Source: Octopus bimaculoides
Taxonomy: Eukaryota
Assembly: GCF_001194135.2 (NCBI RefSeq)
Contig: NC_068987.1
Location: 110,254,372 to 110,302,347 of the forward strand
Direction: 5' to 3'
Length of the DNA stretch: 47,976 nt
Shown here: one piece after another, positions 1-12,120 of the stretch
Position numbering within the stretch: position 1 is the first letter of the stretch
Layout of the letters: the number at the start of each line of letters is the position of its first letter
Notes under the pieces: model-generated
Told to the model about the DNA's origin: nothing
What the model saw: only the letters and a program-made list of their open reading frames with translations
The model's database searches: none
Position numbers and translations under genes: made by a program

Positions 1-72
1 GTAACAGTAGTAGTGGTGGTGGTGGTAGTAGTAGTAGTAGTGGTGGTGGTGGTAGAAGTAATAATGGTGATG

Positions 73-104
<32 letters not shown>

Positions 105-260
105 GGTAGAAGTAATAATGGTGATGGTGGTAGTAGTAGTAGTGGTGGTGGTGGTGTTGATGATCATGATAGTAGCAGTAGTGATGATGGTTGTGGGAGT
201 AGTAGCATTGGTGGTGGTGGCGGTGGTAATAGCAGTAGTGACGGTGGTGATGATGGTGTC
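1..260. repeat. Compound (GGT/AGT/GAT)n trinucleotide repeat
   Basis: Direct reading; includes a duplicated unit gtagaagtaataatggtgatgg (about 52-73 and 106-127). It explains the poly-Val ORF 13..363. Confidence 0.95.
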
Positions 261-409
261 GCCGAAAGAACAGGGTGTAGTGGCTCTTGTAAGAGAAAAA
301 CGGAAATTTGCCACAGAGAATGGTAACACAACGGGTGGAGGAAGAGTGGTCACAATCTATTAATTAATTTTTTTTCGTTAAGTAACAACGACAGTAAAAA
401 GTTTGACAA

Positions 410-765
410 CAACAACAACAACAACAACAACAGCATCGGTAATAACCCTGGTGATGACAATGATTGCGAAGACAACAGTCAGTGAAGATGCCCGGCAATC
501 GTTGCAACGAGAAACAACAAAACGAATGGCATATTATTTACCGTTTTTCTTTGACTGTTTTACTGGGGCTTTTTTTTGTTTTTTTGGTGGTTGTGGGGGG
601 TGGGGGAGGTTCTTTCTTTCATGTATGTAAAATGTAGCATCTGGTTCAGTTTAACAATGCTCAAGATAATAAGAGTTACGAAAACAACAACAACAGCAAC
701 GACAGAAACAAAATTAAGAACAATACCATTAATGTCGATAACAACAACAACAACATCAATGAAAA
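410..765. repeat. Degenerate (ACA)n repeat region
   Basis: acaacaacaaca tracts at about 410-432, 682-705 and 738-756. Confidence 0.85.
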
Positions 766-1451
766 ACTATATTGAATATATTGAATGAAGAAGAAGAAGA
801 AGGANNNNNNNNNNNNNNNNNNNNNNNNNNNNNNNNNNNNNNNNNNNNNNNNNNNNNNNNNNNNNNNNNNNNNNNNNNNNNNNNNNNNNNNNNNNNNNNN
901 NNNNNNNNNNNNNNNNNNNNNNNNNNNNNNNNNNNNNNNNNNNNNNNNNNNNNNNNNNNNNNNNNNNNNNNNNNNNNNNNNNNNNNNNNNNNNNNNNNNN
1001 NNNNNNNNNNNNNNNNNNNNNNNNNNNNNNNNNNNNNNNNNNNNNNNNNNNNNNNNNNNNNNNNNNNNNNNNNNNNNNNNNNNNNNNNNNNNNNNNNNNN
1101 NNNNNNNNNNNNNNNNNNNNNNNNNNNNNNNNNNNNNNNNNNNNNNNNNNNNNNNNNNNNNNNNNNNNNNNNNNNNNNNNNTATATATATATATATACAC
1201 ACACACACATACATACATATTTATATATGTATATATACATACATATATATACATATATACATATATATATACACACACATATATATATATATATATACAC
1301 ACATATATATACACACACACACATATATATAAAACTTACACACACACACACACACACACAAATATATTTACTTATATACAAATATCTCTCATCTTAAGAA
1401 CTTTACAATACTGAATTTATAAGAAAAATTCTGCAATAGTTTCTCATTATT

Positions 1452-1551
<100 letters not shown>

Positions 1552-2212
1552 CATACATAGATATATATATATATATATATGATCATATGAGTGTGTGTAT
1601 ATGTATATATAAGACCAGACATGTATGTGTGTATATGTATATAGCTTAAATAAATATGTGAGGAGAGAGAGAAAAAGAGATGACATAACCGTAATCTGAC
1701 ATTTTTTTTTATTATTTTGTTAATTTTTTTATTTTTGCAATTTTTTTTTCCGGAGATTTGCAGTCGGATTCCAATTATTGAATTAATCTTTTATAAACAT
1801 ACATTAAATTGTATTAAATAAGTAAATAAATAATCTATATTACACACACACACAAACTAATCATACTAATAAACATACACTGTAAACCACACACACACAC
1901 ATACACACACACACACATAATGATAGTCTGCAGACGCTTACATCCTCACAGACACATACAACTAGATATACACGTTAGAGTGGTACATGTGTGTATGTAT
2001 AATTCTGTCTATATTTATGTGTGTATATATTTTCAAAAAAAAAACTCTACATGTTAGTGTAGGATATGGTTAATATACATGTGTACATGTGTTAATTTCT
2101 GCATATATGTGTTCAAAAGCCTACCAACATTTTTGCCATATTATCATGTATGAGTGTGTATTTATTTAATTCTGGGTGTGTGGGGGGGTTGTTTGAATTG
2201 GAAACAAATAAT

Positions 2213-2395
2213 ATTGGCAGAATTCTTAGAGATTTGGTACAGAGTGCTTTGCAGTATTTAGTTACAGCCTTTACCATTATGGATTCAGATTCTGCTTTCA
2301 TCTTTGCAAAACTGAAGTACCAGTTTATGTATGGGAGCTGGTTTAATTGACTAAGCCCTCTGCCACCAAATCGTTGGCATTGTAATCATTAAAAG
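2213..2395 (+). mobile_element. SINE family B (tRNA-derived), heavily decayed copy
   Basis: ttggcagaattcttag...tctgctttcatct...aagtaccagtt...ttaattgactaagccc aligns by eye to the intact B copy at 23940-24155. Confidence 0.6.
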
Positions 2396-2426
2396 CAATT
2401 AGTTTTTATGATTACTATTATCAATC

Positions 2427-2615
2427 CGTTAGCATGTCGGACGGCGTTTCGTCCGTCTTTACATTCTGAGTTCCAGTTTCGCCAAGGTCAGCTTTGTTCC
2501 TTTTGGGGTAAATGAAATAAATACCAATTGAATGCTGGGTTCATTGAAATTGATCCCCCCCCCAACTCCTGCCCAAAAACTGCTGGCCTAGTGTCAAAAT
2601 TTGAAATAATAATAA
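2427..2615 (+). mobile_element. SINE family B, decayed copy with (AAT)n tail
   Basis: cgttagcatg...gcgtttcgtccgtctttacattctgagttc...gccaaggtcagctttg...ctggcctagtgtcaaaatttgaaataataataac. Confidence 0.8.
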
Positions 2616-2719
2616 CAATAATAATAATAATAGTGTTTTGTCTTGTTATAAAAAGATGGGCTACAGCAAATATTCTGCTCAATACCACAGATTTGTTTGT
2701 CAGTTGTTTGACCTTAACC

Positions 2720-3123
2720 ACTTGAATATGTCCCTTGATGGATGACGATGTGCATCTCTGATCACGAGCAGAAGTAGTGGGGGAGCATCTAGCCATGTTT
2801 TGAGAGGAATTCTTTGGGCTTTGAATAATTAACTTTTGGAAACATAGGTGTATTGCTCAACATCCTTAAACAAACCTTATTCAGGGACCTTTTGAGCGGG
2901 ATGGGCTACTTGACCTGAAGAAAATTCTAACTGGGCCCCACCTGCAAGGTCATGCGCTGTTTATCTTGATATGAGATCACCATGTCGTGCACATATGGTT
3001 GTGATGCATCTGCCTGGTGTACCCTTATCAGACGGGTAGTCATGATGGGTATAATGGGCTTCGTATATTTGTACCCCAGTATCACTTTCATGGCATGCTC
3101 TGCTCTCTCAATAATAATAATAA
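2720..3123 (+). mobile_element. Probable 3' fragment of a non-LTR retroelement ending in (AAT)n
   Basis: About 390 bp non-coding block ending ctctctcaataataataataat. I recall it as an abundant octopus dispersed repeat, but it has no second copy in this window. Confidence 0.4.
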
Positions 3124-3338
3124 TCCTTTCTACTGGAAGCACAAAGCCTCAAATTTGGGGTGGGTGGGATTAAGTCAATTAAATTGCCCCCAGTAACTGG
3201 TACTTAATTTATCGACCCTGAAAGGATTAATGGCAAAGTCGATTCTGGCGCCATTTGAACTCAGAACAAGAAGGCAGATGACATACCACTAAGCATTTCT
3301 CCCGGTGTGCTAACGATTCAGCCAGCTTGCCTCACCTT
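3124..3338 (-). mobile_element. SINE family B, near full length
   Basis: Reverse complement has head aaggtgaggcaagctggctgaatcgttagcac, B-box-like gagttcaaat, core ctttcagggtcgataaattaagtaccagtt; (AAT)n on both sides. Confidence 0.9.
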
Positions 3339-3364
3339 AATAATAATAACAATAATAATAATAA

Positions 3365-3580
3365 TCCTTTCTATTTTAGGCATAAGGGGCCTGAAATTTG
3401 GGGGAGGGGGCTGGCTGATTACATCGACTCCAGTAAGCAACTGGCACTTAATTTATTAACCCCGAAAGGATGAAAGGTAAAGTTAACCCCAGCAGCATTT
3501 GAACTCAGAACATAAAGACAGATGAAATACTGCTAAGCATTTCGCTCGGTCTGCTAACGATTCTGCCAGCTCGTTGCTTT
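3365..3580 (-). mobile_element. SINE family B, second tandem copy
   Basis: Same layout as 3124-3338, separated from it by an (AAT)n tract; many CpG to TpG/CpA changes. Confidence 0.9.
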
Positions 3581-4370
3581 ATTAATAATAATATTAATAA
3601 TGATGATGATGATGATGATGATTGTAATATTTGGTTCCATTAATTTCAAAAGACAAACATACACGTTTGCATTAAGAGAAGGTTATGANNNNNNNNNNNN
3701 NNNNNNNNNNNNNNNNNNNNNNNNNNNNNNNNNNNNNNNNNNNNNNNNNNNNNNNNNNNNNNNNNNNNNNNNNNNNNNNNNNNNNNNNNNNNNNNNNNNN
3801 NNNNNNNNNNNNNNNNNNNNNNNNNNNNNNNNNNNNNNNNNNNNNNNNNNNNNNNNNNNNNNNNNNNNNNNNNNNNNNNNNNNNNNNNNNNNNNNNNNNN
3901 NNNNNNNNNNNNNNNGAAGGTGGGGTGGGTGGGTGTGTAGGGGGAACGTGTATATTTGGGAAATTTGTCTCGTTTTTGAATATACAAATAAAACAGGAAG
4001 TAGTCTATGTCGTAAATTGAGGGAGTGGGGGGTGGATAGATGAGGGGGAAGGGAAAGGGAGTGAGAGGGAGATGAAAAGTAAAAGTGGAGAACAAGATAA
4101 GAGGGGAGAGAGAGAGAGAGAGAGAGAGAGAGGAAGAGAGAGAGAGAGAGAGAGGAAAAGAGAGAGAGGAAAAGAGAGAGAGAGAGAGAAAGCAGATGGA
4201 AATTTCTTCTATCTTTGAAGAACAAAAAAGAAGCAAAACAAAAATTTACCAATGTAAATCTATAATTCTTATCTGCTTATTTTTGTTGACATTGAATCTG
4301 TAAATATACACACATACATACATACATACATACGGATACATACACATAAAAATATTAACAAAAGAGAATG

Positions 4371-4422
<52 letters not shown>

Positions 4423-4599
4423 TACATATGTGTATGCACACATGCACATATATATATGTGTGTATGTATTAATTATACATGTATGTGAGTGTGTTAGTTA
4501 AATTGTGGTTATTATTTTGAAGCAAGTTATGGAAATGAGCTGACAGAATAGTTAGAAGTTCAGAGAAATTCTTCGCAATGTTATTTGGGTTCTTTAAGG

Positions 4600-4832
4600 T
4601 GGTAAGCATGCAGAATCATTAGCATTCTGGGCAAAATTCTACGTGGTGGCGTTTCGTCCATCCTTTCGTTCTGGGTTCGAATTCCACCGAGACCAGATTT
4701 GCTCTTCATCCATTTGGGGTTGATAAAACATGGGTGCCAGTCGAACCCTATGGGTGATACAATCAACTGAACCCCTATCCTCATCCCCCCCTCCCACAGT
4801 AATTGCTGGCCTTGTGCCAAAATTTTGAAGCG
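4600..4832 (+). mobile_element. SINE family B, decayed
   Basis: gcagaatcattagcattctgggcaaaat...gggttcgaattccaccgag (B box)...ttcatccatttggggttgataaaa...gctggccttgtgccaaaattttgaa. Confidence 0.85.
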
Positions 4833-5158
4833 AATATTATTCCAGTTTAACTTTGTCATACATTCTTTCGGAGTCGATATGTTTTGCACTGGGGACAGCT
4901 ATGTCAAAGAAACAGAGAATTCAATACAGTTGCAGAAGTAACAATTTTACTGTGGGTATTGGAATTGGAAAGCTCAATGCATCACAATTCTGCCATTCCG
5001 CTAGTGAGGTAGAGGAATGGCAGAAGTGGAAGACTGGAAGAGTGAAACAGCATTGAATTCTTGGCATTATTTTGTCAAACCCCTTTATGTGGATTTAATC
5101 AATAAGGCTTATCAATAAAAAGTCAATATATATGCAACATACATACACACAAACACGT

Positions 5159-5205
<47 letters not shown>

Positions 5206-6408
5206 AATATATACACATGCACACACATATATATATGCACATATATATATATGCACACACATATATATGCACATACATACATATATATATAGACATACAC
5301 AAAATATATATAAATATGCATATATACATATACACATGTACATATGTGGATATACACATACACATTCACACATGTACGAACATATACATATATACACATA
5401 TACACACATTTATCTCAACTTGTGTGTATGTCTTGGAGATTTATCTTAAGTTCTTCATAGAGTTCAACCCAGTCGCTAACAAAGTGACAAGACTTCTTTC
5501 TAGTTTAGACAGTTCCTGGGATTTGTAACTCTGCAGCTTTGTTAGCAGTTACATATACATATGGAGGTGCATACACTTGCACTTACATTCTGTGTGCATG
5601 TCTCTTTAATGCCTAAGTATTTCTGCATGCATGTGTGCATACATTTCTTTATCTATGCACATATTCAAAACAGCATGGTGATTAAAAACATGGAATTTAC
5701 AACTATTCTGCCTTTTCCATTTCTTTCTCCCATGCCTCTTTCATTTACCGATGAAGGATTTGTGTCCAAATTATTAAGAACAATTCTATTTGCTATAACT
5801 ATTAGAATCAAACACAATAACTTTTATCTTGTCCTGCTCTTATTTTCATTTCATCACACACACACACACACACACCTATATAACTATCTATCCATTGATA
5901 ATGTTCACAGATATATATGTGTATATACACACATATGTATATATATACATACACACACACATATATACATACACACACATATATATACATACACACACAC
6001 ATATATACACACACACACATATATATATATACACACATATCCACATGATATATATAGCATTTATATCGGAAATTTTACAGAAGCTGGTGTATTTTTTCAT
6101 TCTTTTTCGTTATCTCCATTCCATCTCAACCAATACCACCCCACCTACACCACCACCACCACCACCACCACCACCTCCTCCTCGGTTCCACCATATTTCT
6201 TTAAATCCAATTACAGCAGAGAGAGAAAAGTTTTAGCAAATAAATGATTCTGTTTGTGTTTTATTTTCCCTCCCAGCCTTTGCTTCATATTTCAGAAACA
6301 CAACACACAAGTGTGTTGAACAGATGTACAGACCACGCTATTTATTCTACATTGTCAAAAAAAAAAAAAAAANNNNNNNNNNAAGAGAGAAAAAAAAGCA
6401 GAAAAAGA

Positions 6409-6452
<44 letters not shown>

Positions 6453-6881
6453 CTACTCTTTTTCAAGACACATCAAAAGATTACTACTACTATTACTATT
6501 ATTACTATTATTATTATTATTATTGGTAGTATTTTGATTATACCCCTACCACCTACCCTACTCCCTTTATTAGCTCCCCTTTTCATTCATGACATTAACA
6601 AACCAGATTTTGTGTCCGCAAATCAAATAGTCTGAAACACACAGACCAGTTCCACAGACTTCTATTGAGAAATTATAACTGTTTATCAAATGGCTTGTAA
6701 AACACACTAGTTACTTGTTGGTCTGTCAGCATATTTATATATGTATATATATCATCAACGCTTCGAAATGTATTCCCTTAGGAGCCCACTGTGTGGGCCA
6801 TGTAAACCTGTTTGAAATGGCAACAGAATATCCCTCAAAGAACAAACAGCCCTTTATTCAGTAATATAACACTGAGTTGGG

Positions 6882-6944
<63 letters not shown>

Positions 6945-7029
6945 TATATATATAGAGAGAGAAAATGGGGGTGGTGGTCAAGTGTGGAATGATTTGATCA
7001 TTACAGGTCTGCTTGGTCAAGACTGATCA

Positions 7030-7137
7030 ATAGAAAGACAGATAGACAGATAAATGGATAGAGAGAAAGAGAGAGAGAGACAGACAGAAAGATAGATGGA
7101 CAGTCAGACAGAGATGAACAGCTAGATAAACAAACAC

Positions 7138-7230
<93 letters not shown>

Positions 7231-7420
7231 AAATAGAAAGATACACAGATAGATAGACAGAAAGGTAAAGACACAGGTAGACAGAAAGATAGACAAATAG
7301 GTAGACAGAGGGATAGAAAAACATAGACAGACAGACAGAAAGAGAAACATGAATAGACAGACAGATAGGCAGAATGATAGAGTGATAGAGAAAGATAGAG
7401 AGACAGACAGATAGAAAGAT
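7030..7420. repeat. Compound (GATA/GACA/GA)n repeat
   Basis: Direct reading; source of the SLSL/YLSI ORFs. Confidence 0.95.
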
Positions 7421-7786
7421 ATTCAACAGTGATGAAAAGAAATATTAAATTGTACCTTGTAGCACTTAATTAAGGTAAGCAGTGTGGGCTTGAGGTGGTG
7501 CCACTATCAGTTAGGTGGGGGTGGATGGAGGGGATAAGGAGATTAGGGTATTAAGTCTATGGTAACAATGGTTTATTACATTTATCAGAAGGTATTTCTG
7601 TCATATTTAATAAACAGAGGGTTTTCTGACCAAATAATAACGGAGACAGCAGACGTGAGACACAAGACGAGAGGTTAACTTCTTCAAAGAAACGACTTAA
7701 ATGAATGCGTGTGTAGTGTAGACAAACTGTTTATATAGACATGCACACATAACACACACTTGTGTCTGAATCTATGTATTTATGCA

Positions 7787-7865
<79 letters not shown>

Positions 7866-8202
7866 GTATAGTCACACACGTGTGTATCTATAGTGAAACT
7901 AATAACCAATCGTTAGATTTTCAATATACTTCACAGTAAAACCAGCTATATTATTCAGAGCCTTCGACTTTTCCTACCCAACAGAGTTGAAAAATCAACC
8001 TAATGTTTACGTTCTGTTATTTAAATCTTTATATAAGCTTCGAGATTCAATTTCAAATATGAGTACATAATTATTAAACTTGTTAAAACTTTAATAAATA
8101 CGTATTCTTTGAAAAAGTACTGAATACTTCTTCGGTTTAATGTTAAATTGTTTTTTTATATATGGCTTGACATGAAAAAATATATTAAAAAAAAAAAAAG
8201 AA

Positions 8203-8385
8203 TGTTTCTACGGACAAATTGCGGTTTAACGTTCTGAGTTCAAATCCTGCTGAAGTCTATACTTTGACTTTTCCCCTTTCAGGGACGATAAGATAAGTAC
8301 CAGTTAAGCATTGGGATCTTCGTAATAGACTAGCCCTCTCTCTCAAAATTTCAGGCCTTGCACCGGCAGCAGAGAATTTCTCTCT
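8203..8385 (+). mobile_element. SINE family B, 5'-decayed
   Basis: aacgttctgagttcaaatcctgctgaagt...cctttcagggacgataagataagtaccagtt...aaaatttcaggccttg. Confidence 0.8.
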
Positions 8386-8577
8386 CTCATTCAAATACAT
8401 ACGTACGTGCGTGCGTGCGTGCGTACGCACATACATACATACATATTAACTAAGTTGAGCACCCCTCGTTCAGTAATTATATCAGAGGAGCAGCTAACTA
8501 AGAAACATATGTAACCTGCATTTTACCCATTCCACTCACTCAATTTGGCTATATATATATGATTAAGAGAAGAAAAT

Positions 8578-8734
8578 GGAGTGGCTGTGTGGTAAGTAGC
8601 TCGCTTACGAACCACATGGTTCCGGGTTCAGTCCCACTGCGTGGCACCTTGGGCAAGTGTCTTCTACTATAACCTCGGGCCGACCAAAGCCTTGTGAGTG
8701 GATTTGGTAGATGGAAACTGAAAGAAGCTTGTCG

Positions 8735-8777
<43 letters not shown>

Positions 8778-9402
8778 NNNNNNNNNNNNNNNNNNNNNNN
8801 NNNNNNNNNNNNNNNNNNNNNNNNNNNNNNNNNNNNNNNNNNNNNNNNNNNNNNNNNNNNNNNNNNNNNNNNNNNNNNNNNNNNNNNNNNNNNNNNNNNN
8901 NNNNNNNNNNNNNNNNNNNNNNNNNNNNNNNNNNNNNNNNNNNNNNNNNNNNNNNNNNNNNNNNNNNNNNNNNNNNNNNNNNNNNNNNNNNNNNNNNNNN
9001 NNNNNNNNNNNNNNNNNNNNNNNNNNNNNNNNNNNNNNNNNNNNNNNNNNNNNNNNNNCCCCTGCCGGGGCCTCGTGGAACTTTAGGTGTTTTTTTCGCT
9101 CAATAAACACACACGACGCCCGGTCTGGGACTCGAATCCGCGAACCTCTGACCGCGAGTCCGCTGCCCTAACCACTGGGCCATTGCCCCTCAATATGTGA
9201 GTGCGTGTGTGTGTTTGTGTCTGTGTTTGTTCCCCCTCCCAGCATCGCTTGACAACCGATGGTGGTGTGTTTACGTCCCCGTAACTTAGCGGTTCGGCAA
9301 AAGAACCGATAGCATAAGTACTAGGCTTCCAAAGAATAAGTCCTGGGGTCGATTTGCTCGACTAAAGGCGGTGCTCCAGCATGACCGCAACGAATAAAAG
9401 AG
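8578..9402 (+). mobile_element. SINE family A (tRNA head, CORE-like segment, internal (TA)n, 3' domain), interrupted
   Basis: Head 8578-8735 with A-box-like tggctgtgtgg, B-box-like ggttcagtcc and CORE-like accttgggcaagt; 3' half 9200-9402 (catcgcttgacaaccgat...gtaacttagcggttcggcaa...ggcggtgctccagcatg). Both halves match copies at 26664, 33215 and 35753. Confidence 0.92.
9059..9191 (-). mobile_element. SINE family C tRNA-like head nested inside SINE A
   Basis: Reverse complement gaggggcaatggcccagtggttagggcagcggactcgcggtcagaggttcgcggattcgagtcccagaccggg has an A box (tggcccagtgg) and a B-box variant (ggattcgagtcc); truncated by gap 8778-9058. Confidence 0.8.
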
Positions 9403-9552
9403 TACACCACTAACTCTCCATTTTCTTCTAATTTAATATGGATTGTATATACTTAATATTGATTTATGGAAATTTTATAGAATCAGTATTTTCTTGGATG
9501 CAATCATCCCCTTAAGAGGTTAATATACCCTCTAATTAATTTTTATGTATAA

Positions 9553-9587
<35 letters not shown>

Positions 9588-10208
9588 ATGTGTGTGTATG
9601 ACCCCCTCCCTGGACCTTTGGAAATTTAGTTAAATCAAAGTAGCCCCACCAGAATTTGAACTGCGCACGGAAGGAACCATCCAAGTCTAGGGGAATATAT
9701 TTATGCAGACCTCCCACTGAGTGAAGGAAAACGGAACAGAGAGTCAATCCTACCATGCACATCTCACCTCACCCCACCACCCTCATTTTTGGCTGTTAGC
9801 CCCATAAAAACAACAACAAGCTAACTAAAATGCCGATCGGTAATGTTTATACAATTAGCGGCAGATTCTTCCAACGTCCATCGTGTTTGTTCTTCTCAAG
9901 TCCCACACCTACCATCCATCCATCCATCCATCCAGCCATCCATCTATCAACTGATTCTTCTTCCTGCCCAGAAAGACCATCAATCGCAGAACAGGACAAC
10001 AGGAATTCTGCCTCTATGAGAAAAAAAGACAAGGCCTAATAGAAAGGAAGAATGAAATATGCCTGCGTGCGTGTGCGTTTGTCTGGTAATGGAACATGGA
10101 GGTCGAAACCATTTCAAAAGGAATTGCTGGTNNNNNNNNNNNNNNNNNNNNNNNNNNNNNNNNNNNNNNNNNNNNNNNNNNNNNNNNNNNNNNNNNNNNN
10201 NNNNNNNN

Positions 10209-10252
<44 letters not shown>

Positions 10253-10355
10253 TTATATTCACATAAGGACTATATCTGTTTGTCTCTCTGTCTATCTATC
10301 TACATGTACATCCATTTATTTGTGTGTATGTATATATATATATATATAAATGCAT

Positions 10356-10600
10356 GGAGGTGCGTGGCTTAGTGGTTAGGGTGTCAGCATCATGATCGTA
10401 AGATTGTGGTTTCAATTCCTGGACCGGGCGACGCGTTGTGTTCTTGAGCAAAACACTTCATTTCACGTTGCTCCAGTTCACTCAGCTGGTAAAAATGAGT
10501 AACTCTGCGATGGACTGGCGTCCCGTCCAGCTGGGGAACACGTACGCCATTGAAACCGGGAAACCGGGCCCATGAGCCTGGCTACGCTTTAAAAGGGCGC
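10356..10600 (+). mobile_element. SINE family D (tRNA head, V-domain-like centre)
   Basis: A box tggcttagtgg, B-box-like ggtttcaattcc, central ttcttgagcaaaacacttc and ctgcgatggactggcgtcccgtccag, A-rich tail from 10601. Confidence 0.8.
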
Positions 10601-10893
10601 AAAAAAACAACAAAAACAACTATATATAAATGCACATACATCTATATATACATCTACACATTAGTATGTGTGCGTGTGCATACCTATAAATCGATCTGTG
10701 TGTGTACATATGCATGTATATATATATTATCTATGTATATATATTATCTGTGTATACACACACGAAATAGATATATATATATAACATACACATATTTATA
10801 TATACATGCATACGTTTGTCTGCGAGTATACATACCGACATATGTGGGCATGTTTGTGTGTATATAACCATATACGTACATTTTTAGGTGTCT

Positions 10894-10948
<55 letters not shown>

Positions 10949-10990
10949 GTTGCTATTATGTTAAACTACCGTATGTCCAAATTTGGGCAA

Positions 10991-11128
10991 ATGCGGTTTT
11001 TCCACTATTTATTTTTGCTTGCAATAGCCGGTTCTTTTGGCCAAACTATCGTATCTCCAGCTACTTCTGATGCCAAGCTATCAAAAATTGTCGAAGTGCT
11101 GTCCAACGGTTTTGCTATGGAATGGTGA
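10991..11128 (+). CDS. Candidate 45-aa ORF with signal-peptide-like N-terminus (unverified)
   Basis: Manual translation: MRFFHYLFLLAIAGSFGQTIVSPATSDAKLSKIVEVLSNGFAMEW*. No homology recognised; below the ORF track's length cut-off. Confidence 0.2.
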   Translation: MRFFHYLFLLAIAGSFGQTIVSPATSDAKLSKIVEVLSNGFAMEW

Positions 11129-11850
11129 AACTAGTTCTGTCTTTTTCTGAAAAAATAACGTTTTGGACTTGCGATACTTTTGCATAATACCAACGATATG
11201 AATGCATACAGAAATACACGTATGTCGATCACATGCATACACAGACACACACACATACTGACTACAGTTTTTCATCAAACTCCACTGAAAACTAATTGCC
11301 TACTCTTTGTTGAAAAATCACTACACACAATAATATATATACCCCCACCCACACACAAACATTTTTCATGACGAAAACGAGAGAAAGAGAGAGACAAAGG
11401 AGTGATGGTGAATCAAATTGTGAAAGTAGATTCACAGAAGTGCGAAAGTGTTTCACAGAGCTGTGGTGCTCTCAAAACTTTATCCCGTTCTGTCAACTGT
11501 AGAAGCGATTGAAATTCCTCAGGTAAATGAGACCGACAGTCAAAGAACTTCTATTCCAGCCTCCCCTAATCTCCCCTCTTTTTTCTCTTTGTAATTCAAT
11601 TAAGTTCGGTTCTGTTATAGATATTGCGAAGAGAAAAAGAAGAAAGTTATTTATGGACAAGGAGAAATAATGTACAAACAATACAAAACAGGGAAAACTA
11701 TTTAGCAAAAAAAAAAAAAAAAAAAAAAANNNNNNNNNNNNNNNNNNNNNNNNNNNNNNNNNNNNNNNNNNNNNNNNNNNNNNNNNNNNNNNNNNNNNNN
11801 NNNNNNNCACTCATACACACACACACACACACACCCGCGTAATACATTTA

Positions 11851-11884
<34 letters not shown>

Positions 11885-11894
11885 TGTACACGCA

Positions 11895-12120
11895 TTCTTT
11901 TATTTTATTTGATATGCTTCAGTCGTTTGATTTCGGCCATGCTGGAGCACCGCCTTAAAGGATTTTTAGTCGAAGAAACTGACCCCAGGACTTATTCTTT
12001 GTAAGCCTAGTACTTACTCTATCGGGCTCTTTGCCGAACCGCTAAGTTACGGGGACGTAAAGACACCAGCATCGGTTGTCAAGCGATGGTAGGGGAGACA
12101 AACACCGGCACAAAAACATA
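11895..12120 (-). mobile_element. SINE family A, 3' half only
   Basis: ggccatgctggagcaccgcc...gaccccaggacttattctttgtaagcctagtactt...gccgaaccgctaagttacggggacgtaa is the reverse complement of 9200-9400. Confidence 0.92.

Noticed and set aside
9120-9191. Possible genuine tRNA gene on the minus strand
   Set aside because: A and B boxes are present, but the acceptor stem does not pair and the sequence continues into SINE body.
10967-10996. taccgtatgtcc... as a third Tc2-like TIR
   Set aside because: Similarity stops after CCGTA and I found no matching right end.
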